Of a stretch of DNA of 64,000 nt, positions 1-12,084 are shown piece by piece. Below the pieces are notes generated by a model, which made no database searches, was not told the origin of the DNA, and saw only the letters and a list, made by a program, of their open reading frames with translations. Source of the stretch: Parasitella parasitica NRRL 2501. Its lineage: Eukaryota; Fungi; Mucoromycota. Made by a program: the position numbers and the translations under genes. Each line of letters begins with the position of its first letter. Position 1 is the first letter of the stretch. The DNA lies in assembly GCA_025201805.1 (NCBI GenBank), contig MU619366.1:26663-90662 (forward strand). Direction: 5' to 3'.

Positions 1-88
1 CAAAAAGTAGAAAAAATTAAAACCATGCATATCCTAAATTCTTACTTTTAGACAAAATGTCTATATAGACAGAAATATTTTTTTTTTA

Positions 89-1383
89 TTAAAAATGCGT
101 TCGTCTGGCATATTTTGGGTATGTTGGTTTAGTGGATTGAGGTGGCACAGGTGGTGGGGGAATATGCTCAGAATTCATACATATATTCAGTGTATTGTTT
201 GCTGTCTGGGATAAAATAGTAGGTGTTTGCGTTGGCGTAGTCGAGGATGAATCATCGGTCTCAAATGGATTTGCGTTTGTTGCTGTCAAATATGGGTTAT
301 AATTATTAGGTCCTTCTTCCGTCTTATCATAGCTTTTACAACGTGTCCTACTCTCATTGCTATTGACACTAGCCGTATCAGCACCATCGTTAAACTTGGG
401 TTGAAAGCCCTGTGTTAATAAAAGCGACTGCTCGGTGTTCATCATTTTTTGCAAACTATCAGCATCCATAGAACGGCGAGGTTCTAGTTTACTGGGCAAA
501 TCATGCGATTCGTTATTGGTATGACTTCTATTACTGCTGTCGTCCATTTTCGACAAGAAGTTGTAAGGAACGGATCTTGACCGAGAATGAGAAACGTGGC
601 TTTGGGTATACAATTTTGATATACCTAATATCGCCTGTGGTAGCATCGTAGGTTGCACGCCTGTTGCTTTATTCATTGGTGTCATCCAACTTGGGACTTT
701 CTTGTTTCCTGCCTCTGATGAGTTTGCACTGATACTACTGTGGTTGGATGTCGAATCATGAAACTTGCTGACAACAGCCTCATTTGGTTGTGATCTTTTA
801 ATGATGGCATCAATGGCTTGTGTTTGAAATCTTGGCAGCGGTGCTGATGTAATGCGTGATCAGCTCAGAATATCATGTTCTTTCCTTTTTCCACAATTTA
901 CTTACCTCCTAAATATACAGTATCTCTATTTATCGTGCGTCCATTTTGAGCATGAGCGATGAGTCGTAATATAGCAAAAAACTGTTCTTTTGTGAGCTCC
1001 TGTTTCTGATTTTGGAATAATGCGAGTATCTATCCAATATTCAAAACGTCAAGATATCTCCTTTTAAACAAGTAATAAGGCCACCACATAATTACCTCTT
1101 CTAATCTGTAGTCTGGTAACCCACAGCCAGATACAAAATTAAAAACAGCTTCATTATTTGCTTTACCAATATGAAAAGGGTCCAGATCTTTCCACCATGT
1201 CTGATAAGCATTGGATTCGATATCTGACAAATCGTCCAATTCAATTTTTGGTGTAGCCGACAAAGCCTCCATATCAAATTGTCGTTGTGAATCCAACCGT
1301 CTTGATTCTTCTTGTCTCTTAATAAATACTCCAGATCTTTTTTCCAAGTTTCCTTGATGATAACGTCTAAATAGTTTATTCAT
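89..1383 (-). CDS. EH (Eps15-homology) domain protein with NPF/NPY and polyproline tail; 3 exons (1383-1096, 1029-906, 843-89)
   Basis: Spliced product ...YQTWWKDLDPFHIGKANNEAVFNFVSGCGLPDYRLEEILALFQNQKQELTKEQFFAILRLIAHAQNG...PLPRF fits the EH-domain pattern; GT-AG introns keep the frame. Confidence 0.75.
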
Positions 1384-1800
1384 TTAGTTGCTCGTAGAAA
1401 GAAGAAAAATTAAGGGAGAAAAAGAGAAAAATACATCGAACTTTATGCACAAATTCAATGAGATTCGATGCTATTGGAAATGTCTTATTTTTCTATGCCA
1501 GACCTATAGGTGAGGGTTTTAGCAGATTTGCTATTACTGTTTGCATTGGTAAGGTTTGCTTTTAATAAATGTCGCATGCATTGAACAGAAGAAGTGAGTC
1601 AATTCCACATGTGAGTGAACATCATCATACATCATATCTAATACAATTGCATGCTTGTGATGATGAATTCAGCATATGTCATCTGTAGTTAGGTTGAAAT
1701 GAAAGATTATAGCATCGGTCATCAATTTAACCGAGGTTTTCAAGTCTTAAACCTTCAATCAGTCAGTCACAGCTACTTCTTCTCCTTCCTATCCACAGAA

Positions 1801-2856
1801 ATGCAAATTGTCCAAGGATTTAGTGACATATTCAAGCAAACGAGATATGATACAATTGCCTGTGACATTTACGGTGTAATTCATGATGGTATAAAGGCCT
1901 ATCCGTATTCCAAAGACGCTCTTTTACAGTTGAAAAAGAATGGCGACCATGTTGTCTTGATGTCCAATTCTACCCGACTTCAAGACAAACTAAATGCAGC
2001 CATGACAGCTAAATTTGGTATTGATAGTAGTTACTACGACGAGATCTTATCTAGCGGTGTGCTTACCAAGTTCTATTTAAAGGATTTGGCCGAGTATTTG
2101 GCTACAGGTCAGGTGCAACAACCTTCTTGTCATGCAACAGCACTGCGTCATGGCACCAGCACTCAAATGATGCCCGATACGTTTGCCGCTAGATATCTCA
2201 AGACAGGCAAGTTCTTCTTGGCTGGCGACCCTGATTGGCAAGAGCCACTCTATATGCCTGTATCACCTACACTTACTCGGATGCATGATTGGGATGCTAT
2301 GGAATTTGTCTTGTTGGGCTCCATTCGCGGTCTCTTCCCAGATGAAAAACCGGTGAATTCATTCAGTGAAAAAGACGTACGAGCTGATTACCAACCTTTA
2401 CTAGACAAATGTTTGGCAAGGAACGTTCCTATAATTTGCGCTAATCCTGATATATTCGCACCTAATGGAGTAAATGAAGATGGAAGCGCTAAATTATTGA
2501 TCTGTCCTGGTTATGTGGGGAAAATGTACGAGGAAATGGGAGGGGAAGTTTTGTATTTTGGTAAACCTTTCAAGAGCATTTATGATTCCTTGCAAACAAA
2601 TAAGGCCGGATCAACAATCAAGCGTAATGAGACAGGAGCCACCACTAAAATTGTTTGCGTCGGTGATAACATCGCCACAGATGTCAAAGGTGCAACTGTA
2701 GCAGGATTAGACGTGGTGATGATTCTTGGAGGTGTTCATTGGGAAGATTTAAAAAATACAAAAGACGACGAGGAATTGAAGGAAAGAGTTAGACATCTGT
2801 GCAAGACACATGGCAGTAAAGAGCCTACTTATCTCATGCCAGCACTCAAATATTAA
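1801..2856 (+). CDS. HAD-superfamily hydrolase, subfamily IIA (TIGR01459-like), intronless
   Basis: Motifs CDIYGVIHDG, LMSNS, ICANPD, YFGKP, VGDNIATDVKGA; ATG at 1801 is preferred over the upstream in-frame ATG at 1699. Confidence 0.85.
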   Translation: MQIVQGFSDIFKQTRYDTIACDIYGVIHDGIKAYPYSKDALLQLKKNGDHVVLMSNSTRLQDKLNAAMTAKFGIDSSYYDEILSSGVLTKFYLKDLAEYLATGQVQQPSCHATALRHGTSTQMMPDTFAARYLKTGKFFLAGDPDWQEPLYMPVSPTLTRMHDWDAMEFVLLGSIRGLFPDEKPVNSFSEKDVRADYQPLLDKCLARNVPIICANPDIFAPNGVNEDGSAKLLICPGYVGKMYEEMGGEVLYFGKPFKSIYDSLQTNKAGSTIKRNETGATTKIVCVGDNIATDVKGATVAGLDVVMILGGVHWEDLKNTKDDEELKERVRHLCKTHGSKEPTYLMPALKY

Positions 2857-3273
2857 GAAATAAAAGTTTAGACATCTGTTTAGAATAAGGCTTATAGTGG
2901 ATCAGAGACTCGCTGCATATACGGTATTGTACTGTACACAATCAGAAAAATGCATGCTTGAAAAGTGATTGTAATGGTTGCCTAGTTACTGCTATTTTCA
3001 ATTAATAGTAATAGTAGCAATGTCAATGGTTACTAACCAACAGCGACATTTGCCCAACTACCGATATCTACTATTTGATATATAAAAAGATCAAGAATTT
3101 TGACAGATTTGTTGGTGTTAATTTCCTAATGTGATCTCAGCAAGCAATGAGAAGCCCAGGAAGACAGGCAAGGCAGTAGAAAATGATATGAGAGGGAAGA
3201 CAAGAGACTGTTGATTTCCGTTTTTTTTTCTTTCCTTCTTTCCTTTTAATCATATAAACTATTGTTGAATGTC

Positions 3274-4145
3274 ATGAATTTGTCTGGGGCATTAATAGAC
3301 AACGCACATGTCATAAAAGTACCAGAATACTTTTATGCAGTTGATATTAATTATTTGACACATATGATAGGTAAGTTCACTTCAGAATTTCAATACTGTG
3401 TATTAACAGCCATCTCTTCGCCATCCCTCTCTTCTCTGCATCTATAGCTGATATGTTAAGTAGACTTATTTCTCACAACGATCTTATACCATTGACACCT
3501 AGCAACCTAACGCGTTTTCATTCTCGAACACCACCAAATATATCCCTTACCGATTACTTGCGAAGAATTGTGAAATACACATCCGTAGAAAAATCTTGTT
3601 TATTAATTTTGCTAATATACATTGATCGTGTATGTGAGCTTCATCCACACTTTACGGTATCATCATTGACAGTACATCGATTCTTAATTACAGCAGTAAC
3701 TGTATCATCAAAAGCACTATGCGATTCATATTGTACAAATTCGCATTACGCAAAAGTAGGAGGTATATCAACTCAGGAAATAAATGCATTGGAATTGGAA
3801 TTTCTTTCATTAATCGACTGGCATCTTGCTTCAACTGGACCTATCTTACAGCAGTATTATGCAAATTTAGTCGAACAACACCCCTGTTATGAAAGAATCT
3901 TATACAATCAACAAGATGTGGTGCCAAAACTGCATGGTAATAAAAAACGACGAAGGAGCAGTGCTGAGGAAGAGGCATCAGCAGCTACAGCAGCAATTCT
4001 GGATGAACAATCATCTTCATCCGATGAGGACCAAGAAAAAATCCGAAAGAATTCTTTAGATATTAGTATAAAGATTCAGGAAGAAGCCACAAAGAAGCAT
4101 TTTGATACACTATTATATGATGAAACCATACCCTATATTGCTTAA
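3274..4145 (+). CDS. Pho80/Pcl-family cyclin; intron 3371-3447
   Basis: RFHSRTPPNISLTDYLRRIVKY, LIYIDR, HRFLITAVTVSSKALCDSYCTNSHYAKVGGI, EINALELEFL. Confidence 0.9.
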
Positions 4146-4631
4146 AAAGATGATATATGCATTATTGAACGTTTGATTCTGTATTACACCACCAAACAAA
4201 AAGCCATCCCCCCTTCCTAAATGGATTTTCGTTGCAACACCTCGTGAGGTCACCTCCACCAAATCAACATTGTTTATATTTTTTTGATCCAATCAAAGCA
4301 AGAACACCTTGTTCTTTTTCCTTCATAGACACACAATCCACCTGCAAAAAAAAAAAAAAAAAAAAAAAAAACGAAACGAAAAAGAATTACGCTGGCGTTT
4401 TTTTTTATAAATCAATCCCAATTTCTTTATGTAAACTTATAACTTAATAATAGAAAATCTAATTTATTTTTTTTTCTTTTACTTTATCTATCAATGTACA
4501 TTGTCTCTTGGTGATTTCTGCTTTCAGATAGGGTTCTTTAAAGAGTCACGCATTTTTGTTATTTACTAGCACTGTACCCCAAGTCATATTTTGTAGTGCT
4601 AGCAACCTTTTCTCTGGACATCAATAATACC

Positions 4632-4986
4632 ATGAGTTGGTCTGGTAGCTTTTCACAAATCTACGTCGATCCTCAGCATTTGCAGGAAGCTGAACAACAA
4701 GTGGATGCCTTTATGGGCATGTTTAGTAGGTAAAATTTAGGACAAATCAAGTTGGCATCATATAATCTAATGGCTTTTGGTCAGGATCATGGCAGCTTGT
4801 CAACATAAATGTATTCCCAGTAATTATCACGAACCCGATTTAAACAAAGGAGAACAGAAATGTATAGATCGTTGTGTTGGGAAATACATGTCGATACAAG
4901 GTATTCTGGGCGAGAAAATGAAGCATTTAGCACCTGGATATTCGTCAACAACAAATAACGATGGATTTTCGCCTGATAGTCATTGA
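4632..4986 (+). CDS. TIM10: Small Tim mitochondrial intermembrane-space chaperone, Tim10-like; intron 4730-4784
   Basis: Twin CX3C motif (CQHKC...CIDRC) with Y.EPDLNKGE spacer; exon 1 MSWSGSFSQIYVDPQHLQEAEQQVDAFMGMFSR. Confidence 0.8.
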
Positions 4987-5048
4987 TCTAGAGCATCGTT
5001 ATAGTATATAGAGTCAATTGTATCTTTATTAAAAAAAAAAAAAGGGTT

Positions 5049-6018
5049 TTATTTAGAAGGTGGGGGAACGTTTGCAAATGAGTGTTGAGGTAGCATTCTA
5101 TTTTGACGGAAGAGATAATTCATATAACCTCCAAGATATGTGGAATTATCGGGAAACAATTCACGAAGCTTTTCATAGTAAAAAAATACGCACATAGTCC
5201 AATATATCTAAAGGAAATCAGTTAAGCATTTGGAGTTTCATTGCTTGTCATCTGGATACGTACGTAGCAAAAACCCATAAGGAAAAAAACCGCTATTGAG
5301 AATTTGATTTCATCTTCCCATAGCTTTTCACAATTGTAAACGGTTGTTGGTGGTAGTGTCTCGATATTGTAATAGGTGCTGTTGAGATTGATGCCCTGCA
5401 TGGTCTCATCAACTACATTTTGGGAACTTTGTAAACACCAATCCATGTATTGCGGTTTTTGGACACCAAATATGATTATGTTTGCAAAAATATCAGCCAA
5501 ATAGATGGGCACTGTAAAAATTAAAAGCGCAGCGCCCGATTGAAGTTTGTTAGGAAGATTCTATGATACTATGTTAGCAAACTGTATGACGTTGAATCGT
5601 ACACAAGCATAAATCTCACCACAAACAATCCGTACAGTATCCACGCCGCCACTAAAGCGAATACAATTGATATTGATCCAAGCGTTATTAATGCTGGTCT
5701 ATTAAGAAAAGAAAATATAGCTGTTATATAGATATACTGTTAGCATTGTCGAATCGCCGTATCCGCTCATAGTACTCTTACGGGTATAGCCTTGGAAAGA
5801 TAATGCTGCGATATATACATTGACACCCTACATAATGGTGATTGCATAGTCAGAAAATATTTCTTTTGCTTTCTTTTGTAAAAATACGTTACTAGCCATA
5901 TTGCGCAAGCAAGAGCACAACCACCTCGGAGAGACATGCATGTACACCACTTTCTGCGATAAGCCTTTGGATCAAGATATCTTTGTTCAAATGTAACAGG
6001 TTTATGGAAAAGCACCAT
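5049..6018 (-). CDS. Uncharacterised four-TM membrane protein, multi-exon
   Basis: Exons joined at GT-AG sites give N-terminal WCTCMSLRGGC, four hydrophobic segments and a two-Cys loop between TM3 and TM4; stop TAA at 5051-5049. Confidence 0.7.
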
Positions 6019-7642
6019 GATTTAATCTATAATTTTGTAATATTAAAGAAAACAGTGATTTGTTAATATTTTGAGGTTTTTATACAACATTTGAATAAAA
6101 GAAAACATTACTTATTTGGGAAGTGTGATACATGAAAGCTTAATATGGTAGATCTCCTTTATTTTGTGTAGAGCCATCCGTACCATTGCTGCTACATTAC
6201 TACACGCCATGAAAACCCCGGTCACATGGGGTTCAGTATTTTCGTTTATTCTGCAATTTGTTAAAAGAGAGTACTATTTTAAAAGTAGCATACTGATTCA
6301 GATCAAATAGTTAAAGCTGAATAAAAACTACAAACAATAGAGTAGATGATGGGCTTCTTTTTGATAGTAGTCTCATACGGTAAAAGTGCCAATCGAATGC
6401 ACGCTCCGCTTTTGAAGTCTGAGCTTTTTGAAAGCCAACGAAAAAGTTGTCAGGCTTTGTGTAAACTCGCTGAAATATGGACAAATGGCGAGCAACTGAC
6501 AGGAAATTAGTATCAAAAGTCTTACAAAAGTCTAATGCATACTATCGCTTTGATTTCAAGTGATTAGGTTTGAGGCTGTTTCTATTTTGAGTGGTGTATC
6601 TCGCTTTGGAAATATACTTGGATAAATTGTTTCACTGACCAGCTTAACAGAATTTATGGAAAAGACAAATCTCGAATAGAAATTAAACGTTCTTAAAATC
6701 CTTCAGTCTTGCTTCGAGGCTCCTTATTACTAACCCATTTTAAGGTAAATTACTACAAGTAATTTGTCTCGAAATAATCTTTGTTCTTCAACGAATTCTG
6801 CAGCTCATGAATTTAAGTTTTTGATCAATTAAGATTCATAACATCTGTTTTGCGTTTTTCTCTTTTCATACAAAGTACGTGTGTATTTATGCCCATCTGA
6901 TTAATACTCTATCGAAATTGAATAAAAATAAATTACATTTAGATCATGAAAACGAACAGTAGTAGAAAACGACTCATAGCTTTGTGCTGGTGACATTCTG
7001 AATTCTTTGACATCTCAATTTGAGGACTTGAAAGATCTCGAAGTGTCAAATGAAGCATCGCTGGAGTAACGACATGCACATTTCTATCAAAAACCAACTT
7101 TGACCCCAAGGCAAGGATTACACTGAGCAGTTTTGGAGAAATGGATAAAATCTGCCGCAAAGAAGTACAGTTGAATGTAAGTATGCACAACTTTGCGATC
7201 TCCATGGATACTATTTGTGCCAAATCAATCACTGTTCACACATCGAACTTTTAAATTAGCTGCTTGCTTGATAAACATTCGCTTATACTGCGCATGTGAC
7301 AACCTTACAATGAAATCGAAAAATCGAATGCCAATTATTTTCCAAGGTTGCACCAAAACGGGCACAATTTATTAGCCGCAATATGTCTGGGTATGATAAT
7401 CTGTCAAATTCAACTCTTTTTGCATTATCTCACTGGATTCTTCTCGTTCAAGGTTTTTTCATTGGTACCTTTTACAGCGAGAAACAGATGGGGTGACACC
7501 TTTTTTTTTTTTTTTTTCCTTCTTTTTTTTCCTATAGTGAAGCTCCAATGTTCTCTGCATCTTTTTCTTCCTTGCTCATTTTTTTTTCTATACGAAAAAT
7601 CATTACAACAATTATTTCTTTGTTGTACTAAAGATACACACT

Positions 7643-9556
7643 ATGGCCGCTTGGGTTGATAAATTAAACGATGCCGTAGCTCGATCATTTGTTGGAAGAC
7701 ATTTCCAATTGGACGGCTCAGGCCACAGGAGAGAGAGAAAAAACACAAAATTTACCACTGAGCTTCGTGCTGGCCTCACTGTGTTTTTTGCCATGGTAAT
7801 TAGACTTGTGCATGTGTGGAGAAATGACAGCTACAAGTACTTAATACATCTGGTTTTGCAAATAGGCTTACATCATCTCTGTCAATGCTTCTATAATTTC
7901 AGAGAGTGGCGGGCCTTGCGTCTGTGAAGGCACCGCTGCCGACCCTACTTGCGATAACGATGCGGCTTACATGTCTTGTGTTTATGAAGTTAAGCTTGAT
8001 TTGATCATGGCTACTTCTATTTGCGCAATGATTTCAAGTGTCCTTATTGGTGTTTTTGCCAATCTGCCTCTTGGTATGGCCCCTGGGTAAAGTCCATGTG
8101 CATGTAGAAAGACTAATTTGTGATGCTAACCCTTTTTTTTTTTTTGTGCAATAGTATGGGTTTAAATGCTTATTTTACCTACACAATTGTTGGCTATCAT
8201 GGCTCTGGTAAAGTTTCTTATGAAACGGCTTTGGCTGCAGTATTTATTGAAGGCATAATTTTCTTTGTGCTATCATTATTTGGTGTTCGTCAATGGTTTG
8301 CACGTATCATCCCTATGAGCATCAAGGTTGCCATGGGCTGTGGCATCGGCCTGTATCTTTGCTTTATCGGGCTTCAATCGTCTGCTGGTATTGGTTTGGT
8401 AGGTTTGGATTTATCAACGCTAGTAACATTAGGCGGTTGTCCAGCTGAGGCGCTTGATGCCAATGGTGTATGTGCTTATGGACGTATGACATCGCCCACT
8501 CTGTATATGGGCCTTTTGGGTTTGGTTGTGATGTCTCTTCTGTTGATGTATCGTGTCCGAGGTGCGATATTGATTGCTATCATTGCTATCGCCATCACAT
8601 CGTGGCCTCGTAACAGTCCTATCACTTACTTTCCTTACACGGCTTCTGGCGATGAAATGTTCAACTACTTTAAAAAGGTTGTTACAGTCAGCAATTTGAA
8701 GCATGTATTGGGTAGATTCGACTTCAATTTCAGCAACAAGGAAATCTGGATTGCCTTGGTTACTTTTCTGTATGTCGATATCTTGGATACAACTGGTACC
8801 ATGTATTCCATGGCGCGGTATGGCGGGTTTACTGATAAGTCTGGCGATTTCGAGCACTCTACTCGTGCCTTCTTGACTGACGCTTGCTGTGTATCTATCG
8901 GTGCTTGTTTTGGTACGTCTTCTTGTACCACTTTTGTTGAATCTGGTGCTGGTATCGCTGAAGGTGGACGTACTGGTATTACTGCCATCACTGTCGCATT
9001 CGGTTTCTTCATCAGTATTTTCTTTTCCCCCATTTTTGCTAGTTTCCCTCCATGGTCTACAGGCCCTGCGCTGATTTTGGTCGGATCCATGATGACATCC
9101 AGTGCTCGTAACATCAACTGGGATTATCCAGGAGATGCCATCCCTTCCTTTATCACAATGGCCGTCATGCCTTTTACTTACTCTATTGCTTATGGTATCA
9201 TTGGCGGTATTTTTGCCTATATAATTATTAATGGTGTTGTCTTGATTATTGACAAGCTTTCTGGCGGACGTATCCATCCTGATTATTCTCAGCGTGAAAA
9301 CTGGTGGACAGCTGTATTTTCTCGTTCTTTCTTGCCATTATGGGTGCGCTTTCTTGTTGCGAAAGCCCGAGGACAAAAAGAGTTCGACTGGCATCAAGAT
9401 GATTTTGAATTAGACGATGAAGTCGAAATCGCCCAAGATCAGCCTCACGAATCCGAAAGCAATAGTCCTACTGTTGTTGTAAATAGCTCCATTCACGAAA
9501 CGCCCTCGCAAACACGGTTAGAAACTATGGATTCGCTGGGTCGTGAGAAGCACTAA
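7643..9556 (+). CDS. azgA: AzgA-type purine permease (NCS2/AzgA family); 2 introns
   Basis: TELRAGLTVFFAMAYII, NLPLGMAPGMGLNAYF, LYVDILDTTGT, FVESGAGIAEGGRTG, MPFTYSIAYG. Confidence 0.92.
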
Positions 9557-9831
9557 CAGCAAAATCGCTGATTTTAATCAGTTCTATACATATATACTAG
9601 ACGAAAATTGCCTTAAAACCCAATAAATCGAATGTTTTTCATACTATCTCTAAACACTCAAAGCCCCCCCCCCCCTCCGCATCTCTCGGTGCCAACTACT
9701 TTATAATAACTGCTCGACCAATTACAGGCTAAAAGCGGCTCCAGCTTTTAGCATTGGGAGGTCTAAGTTTTTTCGTGTTTCTTATTTTTTTTTTCTTTTG
9801 ATTATTATCTATTATAAAATACTCGAATATT

Positions 9832-10477
9832 ATGGACTCTGGCGGGGGATTTCTGAATGATGCAGAACCAGACATGGGCAATAAAGGCGCAATGACAGTC
9901 GAACAAGAACATATCGAGCAGAGGCATATCGATAAAATTGACCAAGCTTATGTTAATATTACAAGAAAATTTCGAAAAAGGTATAATTCAATTATAAATA
10001 GATTGTGCTACAAATCAAATTAATTAAGACCTATTAAAANNNNNNNNNNNNNNNNNNNNNNNNNNNNNNNNNNNNNNNNNNNNNNNNNNNNNNNNNNNNN
10101 NNNNAAAAAAAAAAAAAAGAGTCGAGAAAGTAGGAGGCTACGAAAGTTTACCAGAGTTATGGCAAGATTTCGCACCTGTCATCTTGGCCACCATTCATCT
10201 AAGATCGCCCGTTCAAAGAATGCTAAGTTATACAGGCGATTTCCACGAATTTTGTGATGCATTTAAAGATGATACAGATCTGCATGAGTACAGAGAATAC
10301 TTTGATGCCATGGATTTTGCTTGGTGTCGAGTGCTAAAAGACAAAAATCCAACCGAAACTGACAAAGTCCGTGTCGTCAATACGTTGAGAGATGGACAAG
10401 ACAGAGCAGCTCAGCTTGGACTACAGGAGGTATATCCGCATGCAACAGACATCGCTGACGGTGATTTCGATTATTAA
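9832..10477 (+). CDS. Tfb6-like protein (TFIIH-associated); intron spans an N gap
   Basis: IDKIDQAYVNITRKFRK...GGYESLPELWQDF...MDFAWCRVL...TETDKVRV resembles the recalled Tfb6 family pattern. Confidence 0.5.
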
Positions 10478-10870
10478 AAAATAGTCAGGGAACCATCATT
10501 CCAATTTTAGCAAAATGGTGAAGGTCGTTCTGGGCCAATATATCATTTGTTATAGGCCATCCATTTGGGGATTCCATTTGTATTACATACTCAAATAAAA
10601 TACAAGTTTTTACTTGGTTTTGGGCTAAACGATAGCACAGAGATTATATATAAATATTTGCTGTTCAATGGAAATGAATGTCTCGTCCAGCTTCGGGGGT
10701 GAGGGGGAACTTTTTGTGATTTGGCTAATATGTTTAGAGGCATACACAACAGTGTTACCATACTTCAATGTCCTTTCAAATTTTTTTAGTATTTAATTGT
10801 CGAGCGTACAAAATCTCTGTGCGTGTGTGTCTCTTTCTCCTCTCTTTTCTCCCCAATTGTTCTTGACAAC

Positions 10871-11956
10871 ATGAAATTTTCTATCGCTGCTATTTCTGCC
10901 TTCGTTTTATCGTCGGCAGTTTCGTACACAACCGCCGATTCATATTCTGATGCTATGAAATCTTGGTGTGGTGGTAACTGTCAATTAAACAGAGCAATCA
11001 AAGCTAGATGCTAACAACAAACCAGGTCTTGCTGTCACTGCTCCTAGTTCATCAACTGTCACTGTTGCTGGTCAAAAGACGAAAATCACAGTTAGTAAGT
11101 GATATAAAAATAAAAATTAAAAAAGATGCACATATTACATGTTCACTCAACCTATGCTATTTATAGCAAGAAAGCCTGATGCACGCACAAAGACAATTAC
11201 TGGCCTCGATGTAATAATGTAGCACATTCATCCTTTTAAACATGCGATTATTGACATTCTTCACATTTAACAACTAGTTGTACTCTGTTGATAGCGCTGG
11301 AAAGGCCAAATACGTTCAAAATGTTTGGTCAGGCAGCTACGCATTAAACACTAAGGCTACGATTTCCGATGAAATTCCTTCCAACGTCAAGGCTGGCCTA
11401 TACTATTATCGGTAAGGAAATAGCTCTGTTTTGAAATTAAAAAAAAAAAAAAAAAAAGGGCTAACTGTATCTTAGTGTTTGGGTTACCAACATGATCAAC
11501 AAGCAACACGGCCCTGACTGTATTGAGACTTCTCGTACATTCAAGGTCACCACTGGCTCCCATACTAATGCTGCTGGCGATATCGAATACGCCGAATCTC
11601 TTCATGATAACAGCATCTATCCTGAGACACATCAAAATGGTTGTTTTGGCTTGTCTGTTGATTATCCAGCGGAAGGCAGCACTTTTAAAGCCAACGACCA
11701 TGTTCGTCTGCAAGCCAATCGTGATTCATCGTCTCAGACTGATGCGTTGACCAAGATCGATCTTTACAAGGGGGATACTTTGGTCAACACTGCTTGGAGT
11801 GGATCCGAGTCTTTCCAAAGCTCTTTTGTTTTAAAAGACCATTTAGTCTTGAAGGATATTGACACCTCTGCTAGCTACCACTACAAGGTCTATGTTACTT
11901 CCAAGTCTTCCAGCACTTGTACTTTTGAATCCAAAAAGTTCAAGATTTCCAACTAG
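10871..11956 (+). CDS. Secreted protein with signal peptide and two tandem beta-rich repeats; 5 exons
   Basis: Signal MKFSIAAISAFVLSSAVSYTTA; exons 10871-10973, 11026-11094, 11167-11210, 11278-11411, 11476-11956 splice in frame. Confidence 0.8.
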
Positions 11957-12084
11957 AGATCATCATTCGATAGATATCTGTGATACAAGATCGCCTCTTT
12001 CGTTTCTCCTTCAGTTCTTCCGTCTTTCAGTCCTCGGTTTCCGTCCCTCCCATTAACAATATATTAAATAAACTGGTTTTATTG

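Noticed and set aside
1500-1800. TPP riboswitch in a putative 5'-UTR intron
   Set aside because: The CUGAGA and GAUC-type aptamer motifs are absent here, and other ctgaga hits in the window lack the aptamer context
4984-5004. Cryptic PTS1 by stop-codon readthrough in TIM10 and other TGA-ending genes
   Set aside because: No TGA-CTA context, and the extension (SRASL) is not a PTS1
6400-7380. Short ORFs upstream of azgA
   Set aside because: No motif or splice pattern; possibly decayed sequence, but nothing supportable
8429-9277. 282-aa minus-strand ORF, plus similar ORFs overlapping RPS8, STR3, Rictor and the GT fusion
   Set aside because: Antisense shadows of well-supported genes, with no recognisable motifs
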